DNA of 64,000 nucleotides from Candidatus Moraniibacteriota bacterium (GTDB taxonomy: Bacteria; Patescibacteriota; Minisyncoccia; Moranbacterales; GCA-2747515), in NCBI GenBank assembly GCA_046116545.1, contig CP175956.1, positions 705,734 to 769,733 on the forward strand, given 5' to 3'. The notes beneath the pieces are model-generated. The model was not told the origin of the DNA, ran no database searches, and saw only the letters and a list, made by a program, of their open reading frames with translations. The translations under genes were made by a program, and so were the position numbers. How positions within the stretch are numbered: position 1 is the first letter of the stretch; every line of letters starts with the position of its first letter. Below, in pieces: positions 9,554-20,610 of this stretch.

Positions 9554-10477
9554 TTATTCATCATTTCCTTGTGCATTTTTTTGCACATTATAAATTGATA
9601 CAACTAAAGCTGTTGCTATAAACATTGATGAATATGTACCAATTAATACACCTATCAACAACGCCAATGAGAAATTAAACAATGAATCTCCTCCAAATAA
9701 AATTATCGGGAGTAATACCAAAACAACTGTAAATGAAGTATTAAATGACCTCGCAAGTGATTCGTTCAATGATTTATTTACTAATCCTTCAAAGTCAGTA
9801 ATTGACCTAGTCCTAAGAACATTTTCGCGAATTCTATCATAAACAACAATTGTATCATTTACACTATAACCAAGTATTGTCAAAAGTGCTGCTACAAACG
9901 GAACACCCACTTCTATATCAAAAAAATATCCAAGTGTTGCAAATATACCTAATGTAATAATTATATCGTGCGAAAGTGCAGTTACAGCACCTATCCCATA
10001 ATACCAAGATGATACTGGTACAGATACCTTACGAAATGCCCATGCAATATAAAGTAATATTGCGATGGTTGCAAATATAATTGCCTTTATCGCATTTGCT
10101 TTTAATTGTTTTGAAACAGTTGCTCCTATAAAATCAGCCTTTAATTGAATGCTTCCTTCATCAATTTCAGTCACTGCAACAATCACCTTTTGATTAAATT
10201 CTTCATCTGATTGTTTATATCTGATAATAATACTCTTTCCGTGATCTCCTTCACTTCCTGAAACTACAAAGCTATCATCACAATCTGCATCAATTTTTTC
10301 ACATATTGCATCACGTGTAATTTCTTTATCAGCACTCACAGAAAACTCCATAAGCGTACCACCTACAAAATCAATACCCGGCTTAATGCCCCACATAGCA
10401 ATTGCAAATACACTAAGTCCAACTAAAACAGCTGACAAAACATATGTATATTTTCTTTTTCCTATAATATTTAACAT
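9554..10477 (-). CDS. secF: Protein translocase subunit SecF
   Basis: GIDFVGG, HDIIIT, GYSVNDTIVVYDRIRE. Confidence 0.97.
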   Translation of the reverse strand: MLNIIGKRKYTYVLSAVLVGLSVFAIAMWGIKPGIDFVGGTLMEFSVSADKEITRDAICEKIDADCDDSFVVSGSEGDHGKSIIIRYKQSDEEFNQKVIVAVTEIDEGSIQLKADFIGATVSKQLKANAIKAIIFATIAILLYIAWAFRKVSVPVSSWYYGIGAVTALSHDIIITLGIFATLGYFFDIEVGVPFVAALLTILGYSVNDTIVVYDRIRENVLRTRSITDFEGLVNKSLNESLARSFNTSFTVVLVLLPIILFGGDSLFNFSLALLIGVLIGTYSSMFIATALVVSIYNVQKNAQGNDE

Positions 10478-10480
10478 AAT

Positions 10481-12184
10481 CTATTTTTTATTCTGATTTA
10501 GTTTTTCCTTAACATTAGGCATTATTAACCATTGTCTCTTTTCTAACCATTCTCCAGCTACATATTTCATGATAATCTTTACAATTACAATTGCTGTAAA
10601 CATTGACACTAGCACACCGATTATCAAGATAAGTGCGAAACCTTTTACAAAACCAGTTCCCATGGCCATTAGTATCAATGAAGTAATAATTGTTGATAAA
10701 TTACCATCTCGTATAGATGGCCATGCTCGACGAAAGCCTTCATCAACTGCCCTTTTGATATTCTTACCCATTCTTAGCTCTTCTTTAATTCTTTCAAAAA
10801 TAAGTACATTTGCATCCACTGCCATACCTACAGAAAGTACAAGCCCTGCTATCCCAGCCAAAGTCAACGTAATTGACATGGGAGTAAGGCCTGAGAGTTT
10901 AAATATTGAAATAAGTGTTGCCGCATAAATACCTAGAGCCACCGAAGCAATAATCCCAAAGAATCTGTAATACAAAATCATATAGATCATAACCAAGACT
11001 AACCCTAACAAACCAGCTCGCATACCTTTTTGCAACGCTTCTGCTCCAAGAGTCGCTTCAATGCTTTGTTGAGATACTAGCTCAAAGGGCACTGGCATAG
11101 CACCCTCATTCAAACTTCTAGCCAGCTCTTTTGCTTCTTCTATTTCGAAATTTCCTGAAATAACAGCAGTTCCATCAACTATCTCAGCCTGTACAGTAGG
11201 CGCACTAACAACCTGATTGTCAACATAGATTGCTACTGTTTTACCAAGATTTCTCTTTGTAATGTCAGCAAACATCTTTGCACCATCTGAATTAAAAGAC
11301 AATGTAACTTGTGGTTCAGATGCTCCAACTCCATTGCTATACCCAGCCATTGCATTATCTAAAAATTCCCCAGTTAAATCAGTGTTTTTATAAGGATCTG
11401 CAGGCACAGTCATTTTTGCAAACAAAATGTGTTGACCTTTTACTTCTCTGTCATCACCCTCACCCCGAGATTCTAATTTCTTTATAATATGCCAACCAAA
11501 ATCAGTCTCAACTAATTCTTGATTAGTATCACCATCATTCATGTCCTCATTAAACAACACATCATCAAATTCTGGTACATATTGACCTCTTTTTACAAAT
11601 TCAAGCTCACCGCCATTTTCTGCACTTCCTGGGTCCTTACTAAATTCTTTTGCTAACTCAGAAAAATCTTCACCATTTTTTATTCTTTCCAATACAGCAT
11701 CAGCTTCTTCTTTGTTCTCTTCATTCATTGGCGCAAGCATTTCCTCCATTTGTTTTTTATCATTTTCAACCTCTTCCTCAGTCTTTTCTTCTTTAAATTG
11801 CAAAATAGGTGCTTTTTGTATCACATTTTTAACATCCTCAGCATTTTCAACACCAGGGATCTCTACAGTCATAAACGTATCACTACCTCGCTCTGCCAAC
11901 CATACAATAGGCTCTCCTACACCATATGCATTAATTTTTCGCTCTGCTGCTGCTTGTACAGCGTCCTTTGCAGCATCTTTTTGATCATTTGGCGTATTTG
12001 ACAAATCTAACAAATACTCAAGATGTAACCCACCTTGCAAATCAAGTCCTAAATTAATTGCTACTTTATCAAACTTACTTTGAATATTTTCTGGCATATA
12101 CTGAACAAATGGCAATGCTATAATTGCCATAATAAGAGTAAACACCACTACATATATAAACTTTCTTCTATTTTTCTTGTACAT
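10481..12184 (-). CDS. secD: Protein translocase subunit SecD with inserted parvulin PPIase domain
   Basis: LGLDLQGG, GMAVDANVLIFERIKEE; insert FSELAKEFSKDPGSAENGGEL...ETDFGWHIIK. Confidence 0.97.
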   Translation of the reverse strand: MYKKNRRKFIYVVVFTLIMAIIALPFVQYMPENIQSKFDKVAINLGLDLQGGLHLEYLLDLSNTPNDQKDAAKDAVQAAAERKINAYGVGEPIVWLAERGSDTFMTVEIPGVENAEDVKNVIQKAPILQFKEEKTEEEVENDKKQMEEMLAPMNEENKEEADAVLERIKNGEDFSELAKEFSKDPGSAENGGELEFVKRGQYVPEFDDVLFNEDMNDGDTNQELVETDFGWHIIKKLESRGEGDDREVKGQHILFAKMTVPADPYKNTDLTGEFLDNAMAGYSNGVGASEPQVTLSFNSDGAKMFADITKRNLGKTVAIYVDNQVVSAPTVQAEIVDGTAVISGNFEIEEAKELARSLNEGAMPVPFELVSQQSIEATLGAEALQKGMRAGLLGLVLVMIYMILYYRFFGIIASVALGIYAATLISIFKLSGLTPMSITLTLAGIAGLVLSVGMAVDANVLIFERIKEELRMGKNIKRAVDEGFRRAWPSIRDGNLSTIITSLILMAMGTGFVKGFALILIIGVLVSMFTAIVIVKIIMKYVAGEWLEKRQWLIMPNVKEKLNQNKK

Positions 12185-12313
12185 AATATAAAAAAATAAC
12201 CGCTACTGAGATTACCAAACCATTGTACTACCCCACCAAATAAAATGCAAATTTAAAAAATAATGCCAGCATATAATATGCTGGCATCTAGCTTCATTTT
12301 TTTATAACACTTT

Positions 12314-12907
12314 TTATTTTACTAAATTTTGCATCATAGCTGATATATCTTGAAATTGTATGTCTGAGGGTATTTCGAACTTCTTTTCATCAAGCTTCCA
12401 AGACTTGCATACAAATTTTATATCTTCATTATTATAAAAATCTGCACCTGTAGGACTTGTATCATTTTGCACTACCGGCATTTTATTAGCCATTGCCTCC
12501 ATATCTGACATATTAGATTTTACACCATGATTTGAAGCACTACTCCACACATACATAAATTCCCTATTAATTATAGCCGTACTATCCATAATACCTACTT
12601 TGCCCTCTATACGTGCCTCACCTGTTGGAGATGCATACAGCACATATTGTGCCTTTCCATCATCACTCGCATAACTACATTTTGCTGTTTTTCCAGCATC
12701 CATCAACTCTTTTAAACTACCGTTAAAACTCTTTTCTGCAACTTTAGCAATTTCTTGTGGCTTGTTTTCTTGCACTTTTTTATCCTGTACTACAGATTCA
12801 ACATTTTTTACACTGTTTTTCTCCTTGCTTAAGCCTTGCATACCATTACAACCACTTAATACAAAAAAAACACTTGCCATAGTTAGGATTCCTAATTGCT
12901 TCTTCAT
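12314..12907 (-). CDS. Putative lipoprotein
   Basis: Signal peptide with LSGC lipobox. Confidence 0.75.
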   Translation of the reverse strand: MKKQLGILTMASVFFVLSGCNGMQGLSKEKNSVKNVESVVQDKKVQENKPQEIAKVAEKSFNGSLKELMDAGKTAKCSYASDDGKAQYVLYASPTGEARIEGKVGIMDSTAIINREFMYVWSSASNHGVKSNMSDMEAMANKMPVVQNDTSPTGADFYNNEDIKFVCKSWKLDEKKFEIPSDIQFQDISAMMQNLVK

Positions 12908-12913
12908 AATTTT

Positions 12914-13423
12914 TTATTTAATAACTTTATTATCTTCCAATTCTTTATTTGCCTCTATTAAAATATTTCTTGCATTTTTAAATGTTAGTTTATTCAACCC
13001 GTCTTCAAATTTTAACCATTGAAATTTTTGATGTTCATGTGAAATTACCACATCTTCATCCATAGCTTCTACTAAATAAAAAATTGCTTTTTTATAAATA
13101 TAAATACAACTTTTATCTTTTTTTCGATCAATTAGCTCTTGTCCACGAGCTTTGTATGAAAATTTCATATATTCACGAAAACTATTTATCACTCTAACAT
13201 GTGAAATCCCAGTCTCTTCTTCTATTTCTCTTTTCATTGTTTCTTGCTCGCTTTCATTGTCTTCAACTTTCCCACGAGGAAACTCCCAATGTCCATTACG
13301 ATATTTCATTAATAGAAATTCAATTTTTCCATGTGTAATACGAAAAACTATCGCACCAACTGATTTTTCAAATGCGATACAATAAGGAGCTAAAAATTGT
13401 GGAAATTGTCTTCTTTTTATCAT
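12914..13423 (-). CDS. NUDIX hydrolase (Ap4A hydrolase-like)
   Basis: HWEFPRGKVEDNESEQETMKREIEEETG Nudix box; SHEH. Confidence 0.9.
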   Translation of the reverse strand: MIKRRQFPQFLAPYCIAFEKSVGAIVFRITHGKIEFLLMKYRNGHWEFPRGKVEDNESEQETMKREIEEETGISHVRVINSFREYMKFSYKARGQELIDRKKDKSCIYIYKKAIFYLVEAMDEDVVISHEHQKFQWLKFEDGLNKLTFKNARNILIEANKELEDNKVIK

Positions 13424-13500
13424 AATAATTATTATACCACTTTAACAAAAAAATAAAAACACCAACATTAACTAATGTTGGTGTTTATTTTTAAGCGGGC

Positions 13501-13776
13501 TCAATTAAGTCGCATGGAAGCTCCTGGCACACAAAAGTCATCCCTTGCAATATCCCTAATTGGAAGTAATATATCATCTTTTTCTTGACACAATACACAT
13601 TGATGAGTTCTGACATTCTTTGCATTCATGTTAAGTGGTGCAACAATTTTTCTACACGCTATAAATTGTTCCTCACTACACGCACGACAAGGTGTTATCA
13701 GATCATCTGTGCGACAACCTTTCAAAACATTACAAGCACGACATTTGATAAAGATTTTATCTTCATCTGTTTTCAT
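13501..13776 (-). CDS. Small Cys-rich hypothetical protein
   Basis: AAGGAG before ATG at 13776; CxxC x3. Confidence 0.55.
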   Translation of the reverse strand: MKTDEDKIFIKCRACNVLKGCRTDDLITPCRACSEEQFIACRKIVAPLNMNAKNVRTHQCVLCQEKDDILLPIRDIARDDFCVPGASMRLN

Positions 13777-13817
13777 TACTTTTCTCCTTTTTTTGTTAAA
13801 AAACTTTTTAACTTCAT

Positions 13818-16466
13818 TTATTTTCCACAACACTTCTTATATTTTTTGCCACTGCCACACGGACAATCATCATTTCTTCCAACTACTTCTTCTTTTTTAA
13901 TTGGCTTTTCAAACTTCGGTACATTTTGCATCATCTGTTGCTTCTCTTGTTCTGCTGCTTCAGCAAATTGTTCTGGATTTTCACTTGCACCAGAAAGCTC
14001 CATAGAACCAGCCATCTGACTCATAGCGCTCTCACCTGGAGTTACAATACTTGCACGAAAAATAGTATGTAATACTGTGTGACGAATATTTGCCACTAAT
14101 TGTGAAAACATATCAAAAGCTTCTTTTTTATACTCAATAAGAGGATCCTGCTGTCCATAACCACGCAACCCAATACCTTGTCGCAAATGATCAATAGCAT
14201 CAAGATGATTCATCCAATGTTGATCTACTGTACGGAGCAGTATGGATTTCTCAATTGCTCGCATAGGCTTATCACCATTTTCTTGTTCTTTTGCACTATA
14301 TGCAACTTTTGACTCCGCAAAAACATATTCTATCACTTCTGATATAATTTCTCGATCATCCTTACTATTATCTGCAATTATCTCTTCTGTTTTTTTAACA
14401 GCATTCTCTGAAAAAGGAAATATCGCTCGAACATCAGCTACTATATTTTTCACTTCCCAACTATGTCTCTCGCCTATTGTATGTGCACCAATCAACTCTT
14501 CCAATTCCTCATGCAATAAATCCAATATCTCAGTCTTCACTTCATCACTCTGCAATGCCATTCGCCTCTTTTCATAAATAACTTCACGTTGTTTATTTAC
14601 AACATCATCATAATCCAAGACATGCTTACGAATATCAAAATTGAATCCTTCTATTTTTGACTGAGCTCCTTCAATTTGTTTTGAAATCATCTTATTTTGA
14701 ATTGGTTGATCTTCTGGGAGACCTAATCTCTCCATAATATTTTTAAGCTTATCACCACCAAAACGAGTCATCAGCTCATCATCAAGTGAAATATAAAATT
14801 GTGTCGTACCAGGATCTCCTTGACGCCCTGAACGCCCTCTCAACTGATCATCGATTCTGCGAGCCTCATGTCTTTCTGTTCCTATTATATATAGTCCACC
14901 AACTTCTTTAACACCTTCTCCCAACTTTATATCAGTTCCACGACCAGCCATGTTTGTTGCAATCGTTACAGAACCTTTTTGTCCAGCATCTGTTATAATT
15001 TGAGCTTCTTTCTCATGAAATTTAGCATTCAATACACTATGTGAAACACCTGCTTTTTCAAGTGCTTTAGACAAAGCCTCTGATTTTTCTATTGCCACAG
15101 TACCCACCAAAACTGGCTGACCTTTTGCGTTCAATTCCTTAATCTTTTCTGCTATAGCATTAAATTTCCCTCTTTCATTTTTATAAACAACATCTGGCAA
15201 ATCATTTCGAATCAAATCTTTATTTGTAGGTATTTCCATCACTTCAAGACCATATACTTTTTGCAACTCTTCTGCACTTGTACTAGCTGTACCAGTCATA
15301 CCAGATAGTTTCTTATACATCCTAAAATAATTTTGAAATGTAATCGTTGCAAGTGTACGAGACTCTCTTTGCACTGTCACTTTTTCTTTTGCTTCAATTG
15401 CTTGATGTAAACCATCACTATACCTACGACCCTCTTGGGCCCGTCCAGTAAATTCATCAATGATAATTACCTCACCATCACGCACCATATAATCCTTATC
15501 AATCTCAAAAAGATATTGTGCTTTCAAAGACTGTTCCAAGTGATGTACGTATTGAATCTTTCCTTGTTCATAAATATTACCGACATTAAGCACATCTTCA
15601 ATTTTTTCAATACCTTTATCTGTAATTGCAACGCTACGTAATTTTTCATCAACTGTAAAATCTTCTTCTTGAACCAATCTTGGTACAATTCCAGCAAACT
15701 GTTGGTATAACTTTGTAGATTCAGAATCAGGTGCAGAAATAATAAGAGGAGTACGAGCTTCATCTATCAAAATCGAGTCAACTTCATCAACAATTGCATA
15801 GTTCGGAGTTCTTTGTGACAATTGTTCTTTTGATTGCGCCATATTATCACGCAAATAGTCAAAACCAAATTCATTATTAGTTCCATATGTAATATCAGCC
15901 GCATAAGCTTCTTTTTTTTCTACAGCATTTAAATTTTCCATTTCAATATCAACTTCGTTATCATCAACATTGTTTGCTTCATATAGAAAACCACCTTCAT
16001 GCGTAATACACGCAGTTTGAAGTCCTAGTTTTTCATATACAACACCCATCCAATTACAGTCACGCTTTGCAAGATAATCATTTACTGTAACAACATGCAC
16101 CCCTTTGCCTGTAAGAGCATTCAAGTAAATTGGCAAAGTTGAAGTCAGTGTTTTACCCTCACCAGTTTTCATCTCAGCGATCTTTCCTTGATGAAGTACA
16201 ACACCACCAATAAGCTGGACATCATAATGACGCTCACCCATAGCTCTATCTGCTGCCTCACGCGTTAGCGCAAATGCTTCCGGTAAAATATCATCAACAG
16301 TTTCTCCATCTTTCAATCGTTTTTGAAAATCTTTTGTTTTTTCTTTTATGTCTTCATCAGATAGTTCCTTCATTTTCGGACCCAGATCATTAATTGCATC
16401 TACAATAGGCTGCATTTTATTAATTTGTTTTTCATTTGAACCAAATAATTTTTGAAAAAGTGACAT
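13818..16466 (-). CDS. secA: Preprotein translocase ATPase SecA
   Basis: MKTGEGKT, DEVDSILIDEARTPLIIS, GRSGRQGDPG, C-terminal CPCGSGKKYKKCCG. Confidence 0.99.
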   Translation of the reverse strand: MSLFQKLFGSNEKQINKMQPIVDAINDLGPKMKELSDEDIKEKTKDFQKRLKDGETVDDILPEAFALTREAADRAMGERHYDVQLIGGVVLHQGKIAEMKTGEGKTLTSTLPIYLNALTGKGVHVVTVNDYLAKRDCNWMGVVYEKLGLQTACITHEGGFLYEANNVDDNEVDIEMENLNAVEKKEAYAADITYGTNNEFGFDYLRDNMAQSKEQLSQRTPNYAIVDEVDSILIDEARTPLIISAPDSESTKLYQQFAGIVPRLVQEEDFTVDEKLRSVAITDKGIEKIEDVLNVGNIYEQGKIQYVHHLEQSLKAQYLFEIDKDYMVRDGEVIIIDEFTGRAQEGRRYSDGLHQAIEAKEKVTVQRESRTLATITFQNYFRMYKKLSGMTGTASTSAEELQKVYGLEVMEIPTNKDLIRNDLPDVVYKNERGKFNAIAEKIKELNAKGQPVLVGTVAIEKSEALSKALEKAGVSHSVLNAKFHEKEAQIITDAGQKGSVTIATNMAGRGTDIKLGEGVKEVGGLYIIGTERHEARRIDDQLRGRSGRQGDPGTTQFYISLDDELMTRFGGDKLKNIMERLGLPEDQPIQNKMISKQIEGAQSKIEGFNFDIRKHVLDYDDVVNKQREVIYEKRRMALQSDEVKTEILDLLHEELEELIGAHTIGERHSWEVKNIVADVRAIFPFSENAVKKTEEIIADNSKDDREIISEVIEYVFAESKVAYSAKEQENGDKPMRAIEKSILLRTVDQHWMNHLDAIDHLRQGIGLRGYGQQDPLIEYKKEAFDMFSQLVANIRHTVLHTIFRASIVTPGESAMSQMAGSMELSGASENPEQFAEAAEQEKQQMMQNVPKFEKPIKKEEVVGRNDDCPCGSGKKYKKCCGK

Positions 16467-16598
16467 AATTTTTTTGTATAAATAAATATGATCTGTTTTA
16501 AGCTAACAGATTCTTTACTTACAGATTCTATCAAATAACCCTTAAGGAGTCAAAATAAAAAACCAAAAGATGTTATCTTTCGGTTTTATATATTCTTA

Positions 16599-17192
16599 TT
16601 ATAAGAAATGTTTATTGTAATATTCAAAAACATCTTTTGGTAGTTTTTTATACCTCTTTTTTATAATATTTCTTTTTAATTCTATGCTCATCCTGAGACG
16701 ATCATGCTCTACTCTATATCGCACTTCGTTCCTAAGTTTCATAAAATCATTAAAGCCCTCAATGTACATAAGTAAAATATTTTCAAGACTACACGTAAAA
16801 AAAGTACACAAACGTTCTGGAGTTATGTCACCTTTTAAATGCCTGGATAATAACTGAAGTGTGATTAATTTATTACTAGACATGCTCCATAATTGAATTC
16901 TATTCATAAATAAAAGATGAACATCAACATTTTTATCCAGAGATACAAACCATGTTTTGATAACAGAAAATCTTTTTACTACATAATCTGACTTCCTGTT
17001 TAATATAGTTACATTTGCCTCAACAAGAGCCTTTGCATCAAATCCCAATTTGTACAAATTATCAAAACGTACTTCAATCTTATCGCATCCGCATAATGAT
17101 TTCGTATGCTTTGACATTGCTTCAATACTTTTTATTGATAAGCCTGCCTTAACAAGTTCAGCTCTTCGTCTATCAATAACTTCTTGTTTCAT
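16599..17192 (-). CDS. Hypothetical helical protein (weakly mTERF-like)
   Basis: 197-aa ORF with GAGGAGG Shine-Dalgarno. Confidence 0.65.
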   Translation of the reverse strand: MKQEVIDRRRAELVKAGLSIKSIEAMSKHTKSLCGCDKIEVRFDNLYKLGFDAKALVEANVTILNRKSDYVVKRFSVIKTWFVSLDKNVDVHLLFMNRIQLWSMSSNKLITLQLLSRHLKGDITPERLCTFFTCSLENILLMYIEGFNDFMKLRNEVRYRVEHDRLRMSIELKRNIIKKRYKKLPKDVFEYYNKHFL

Positions 17193-17303
17193 TGGTTTAT
17201 TTCCTCCTCTTCAAAAAAGAAATTTAATTTTTAAAATTAACTAAAGCAACTTCACATTATATTGTGAAGTTACCTTTTTGTCAATTCCTATACTATAAAA
17301 ACT

Positions 17304-17507
17304 TTATGCCGTAAACCTATCATCTCCATGAGTATTATCTACTTTTCCACTAGACTTTGCTTGTGCTGTTTGCTTCATCACATCAGAAAATCCTTTTACA
17401 GCTTCTAAAACATCTGTTGGTATCATCCAAATTGTTGTAACAGCACACTTCTCATGCTCTGCCTCTAATTTTTTTGATATTGTTCTTTTTAATTCTTCTG
17501 GAATCAC
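17304..17507 (-). CDS. Small hypothetical protein
   Basis: 67-aa ORF directly after dxr. Confidence 0.45.
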   Translation of the reverse strand: MIPEELKRTISKKLEAEHEKCAVTTIWMIPTDVLEAVKGFSDVMKQTAQAKSSGKVDNTHGDDRFTA

Positions 17508-17516
17508 AATAACAAT

Positions 17517-18650
17517 TTAACAAAATTCTTCAATTTTATTAGTTGACCAATTGATTGCTTTTTCTATATCTTCTAACGTTGGATTTTTCACAACCTCATG
17601 TACATCCATAACATCTTTTATAACTCGTGGTATTTCAAGGTATTCACATTTACCGCTCAAAAATTTTGCAACCATTGCATCATTTGCTGCATTCATAACT
17701 GCTGGCATTGTGCCACCAGATTCCATAGCCTCAAATGCATACCCTAGACATGGAAATCTATCCAAATCAGGTTTTGCAAAGGTATACGATGTATCAAATC
17801 TATGTCTTTTCACAGCCTCTCCCCATCTATCAGGATAACTAAGAGCATACTGGATTGGCAATTTCATATCAGGCTCAGATATCTGTGCAATTATGGAATT
17901 ATCAGAATACTCTATCATAGAATGAATCATGCTCTCAGGATGGATTACAACTTGTATATCTTTTGGCTCTACATCATACAGCCACATAGCCTCAATCACC
18001 TCAAATCCCTTATTCATAAGTGTTGCAGAGTCTATAGTAATCTTCTGTCCCATATTCCATGTCTTATGACCGAGTGCATCTTCTATGGATACATCAGACA
18101 TTTCTTCTTTTGTATAATCCCTGAGAGCTCCACCAGAACAAGTAACTACAAGTGAACGAATTGTTTTTTTATCCTCACCATTCAAACACTGAAATAACGC
18201 ACTGTGTTCAGAATCAATCGGCATAAGCATCACATTATTTTCTCGTGCTTCTCTCATAACAATCTCACCAGCTGCCACGAGAGTTTCTTTATTTGCAATT
18301 GCAACATTTTTCTTCACTCTTATCGCCTCAATAGTAGCTCTTATAATAGTAAGTCCCACAGTTGCAGTTATGAAAGTGTCGTAACCATCCATCACAGCAA
18401 TTTCCTCCAACATCTTCGGACCAGTCAAAACTTTTACATTTGTTTTATTTTCTAACTTTTTTGCCTTTTTCTCATCATGAACTCCCACAATTTCAGGTTT
18501 GAATTCTTCAATCTGTTCCAAAAGTAAATCAATATTATTACCACCAGCAGAAAGTGCAAATACTTTCAATTTATTAGGATATTTTCTAACAACATCTAGT
18601 GTCTGTGTCCCCACAGATCCAGTACTCCCCATAAGTGCTATTTTTTTCAT
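17517..18650 (-). CDS. dxr: 1-deoxy-D-xylulose 5-phosphate reductoisomerase
   Basis: GSTGSVG, ANKETLV, PIDSEHSA, WNMGQKITIDSATLMNKGFEVIEA. Confidence 0.97.
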   Translation of the reverse strand: MKKIALMGSTGSVGTQTLDVVRKYPNKLKVFALSAGGNNIDLLLEQIEEFKPEIVGVHDEKKAKKLENKTNVKVLTGPKMLEEIAVMDGYDTFITATVGLTIIRATIEAIRVKKNVAIANKETLVAAGEIVMREARENNVMLMPIDSEHSALFQCLNGEDKKTIRSLVVTCSGGALRDYTKEEMSDVSIEDALGHKTWNMGQKITIDSATLMNKGFEVIEAMWLYDVEPKDIQVVIHPESMIHSMIEYSDNSIIAQISEPDMKLPIQYALSYPDRWGEAVKRHRFDTSYTFAKPDLDRFPCLGYAFEAMESGGTMPAVMNAANDAMVAKFLSGKCEYLEIPRVIKDVMDVHEVVKNPTLEDIEKAINWSTNKIEEFC

Positions 18651-18687
18651 AAACTCATATATTATCAATTAGCTTTAAGCACATCCA

Positions 18688-18798
18688 CTCCCCCTTTTTA
18701 AGGGGGAGATGTCCGAAGGACAGAGGGGGTTTTGCAACAATTAAAAATTACATATTCTACAACCACCCCCGGGTCCCCTCCTTTAAAATGAGGGGAGG
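18688..18798. repeat. GC-rich compound palindrome (family D)
   Basis: CTCCCCC...GGGGGAG, TGTCC-GAA-GGACA and CCCCTC...GAGGGG hairpins in an AT-rich intergenic region. Confidence 0.7.
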
Positions 18799-18855
18799 AT
18801 TTTCTTAATTATTAATTAAAATAAAACTCTCCATAAAAATAGAGAGTTTCAAATA

Positions 18856-19590
18856 TTATCTTAAATAATGTTTCAACGTATAAATCCAATCTTCATCAAT
18901 GTCACCATTTGCAGCATCTGATTCTTTTTGTGTAAGTAACCACTCCAACCATCCTCTATTAGTGCGAGCTACATCCGCAATCAGTTCACCTCTATGCTTA
19001 CCAAATGTTAATCTCTTTATAAGCAATGGCTCACTTGTAATTTTCATCATTTTCTCAATTACTTCAGCATGTGTACTGTCTCGCATCATTTTGTCATACA
19101 TCCTCTCAAATACAGCAGCCAATACTCGCACATCACCCAAAGCATCATGAGCTACAACATTATCCAATTCAATTCCAAGATAATATCTCAAGTACTGCAA
19201 CCTATAAGCAGGTATCTCACTCTTTACATCCAAAGCCTGTGCAACCTTATATGTATCAATAGTCTTTCCTACTTTCAAATTTTCTCTCTCAACCATTCCT
19301 ACATCATAAGGAGCATTATGAGCTATAAAAATAGTCTCATCTTTATCTAAAATTTCTTTTAACCCATCATAAAATTTAGATCCTTGAAATTCTTCCTTCC
19401 CTTCAAGGTGTTTGTTGGTAATATGAGTAACCTCCATAGCCTCCACCTCCATATCACGCCCAGGACTAAACATTGCCTCTTTTTCAGTCCCCTCAAAATC
19501 ATAAGCAACCTGCACAAGTCTATCTTCTTCAGTAAGTCCTGTCGCTTCTACATCAAGAAATAATAAGTTCTTACTTTTTTCTTTATTCAT
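18856..19590 (-). CDS. DEDDh 3'-5' exonuclease (ExoX-like)
   Basis: LDVEATG, AHNAPYD, AHDALGDV, C-terminal FGKHRG domain. Confidence 0.9.
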   Translation of the reverse strand: MNKEKSKNLLFLDVEATGLTEEDRLVQVAYDFEGTEKEAMFSPGRDMEVEAMEVTHITNKHLEGKEEFQGSKFYDGLKEILDKDETIFIAHNAPYDVGMVERENLKVGKTIDTYKVAQALDVKSEIPAYRLQYLRYYLGIELDNVVAHDALGDVRVLAAVFERMYDKMMRDSTHAEVIEKMMKITSEPLLIKRLTFGKHRGELIADVARTNRGWLEWLLTQKESDAANGDIDEDWIYTLKHYLR

Positions 19591-20491
19591 TTAATTTGTC
19601 TTTAATATCAATAGTGGAAACTGTAAAGCCTTCTTTTTCTACTTGTGTTATGAAATCAGTTTTATATTTGTCAAATATATCATTCTCGGATATGTCCTCA
19701 AGTAATATTGACCGCAACTCTGATCCAGCAGAGGAAAATACATATGCACTCATTCTAAATAATTTTTTACTCTTGTTATCATGTGATATTAGAAATAATT
19801 GCTTACCAATCTTGATTTTAAGTGGTTTCGACGAAAAAATATCAATATTATAACTCAAAGTTGTTGACTGGCTAAATAGCCCTAATGATGCCAAATGCAA
19901 ATATTCATCAAAGCCTAATTTATACTTTTCTAGTGATTTTCTCCCACCTCCCTGTATTGCCATAAGACCCGATTCTGTTGATAAAGCAATAAAATTTTTA
20001 AAGGTCAATAGATCATTTCTTGACAATACTTTCATTATTTCTAAAAGACTAAAGGAAAATGTGCCTGGTTTTTGAATTTCATCAGATAAAATTTTTGCCA
20101 AAACAGCCTGCATTTCTTCCCTACTTATGTCTTGAGCAATATTCAAAAATCTAGAAGTCCAATCTACGTCTACTGGCACATCTGACACCTCTCGGCCTTC
20201 AAGGTTGTCTCTAGATTGTACAATAATATTTTCTAAATTAATTTGCTTGTTATACTGTTCAATCGCAAATCTTTTTTCAGCACGAGACAATATTTCCAAT
20301 GCTTCACTCTGCCCTTCCGCTTGCGCGATAATTTTTTGTTTTTCTGCCTCAGATTCAGTCACCGAAATCCTCTTAATTTTTTTTGCATCAAACTCAAAAA
20401 CTCTGTTACCTACAACACCCACTCCCTCAGAAACTGTCTCAATTAATTTAACAACTGGCTTTTCAAGTCCAGTTAAATTTTGAATATCCAT
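19583..20491 (-). CDS. DUF2806-like protein
   Basis: QINLENI...VDVDWTSRF...ISREEMQ...EIQKPGTFS pattern. Confidence 0.75.
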   Translation of the reverse strand: MDIQNLTGLEKPVVKLIETVSEGVGVVGNRVFEFDAKKIKRISVTESEAEKQKIIAQAEGQSEALEILSRAEKRFAIEQYNKQINLENIIVQSRDNLEGREVSDVPVDVDWTSRFLNIAQDISREEMQAVLAKILSDEIQKPGTFSFSLLEIMKVLSRNDLLTFKNFIALSTESGLMAIQGGGRKSLEKYKLGFDEYLHLASLGLFSQSTTLSYNIDIFSSKPLKIKIGKQLFLISHDNKSKKLFRMSAYVFSSAGSELRSILLEDISENDIFDKYKTDFITQVEKEGFTVSTIDIKDKLNE

Positions 20492-20610
20492 AACAAAAGT
20501 TATACAATAATACTAATTAATTTTCCTTAACCAAAAATCACTTTTAAAATTTCTTCTTCATTGTACTTTTTTCCAACATTTTTTGCAACAATTCTATAAT
20601 ATTCTAAATT

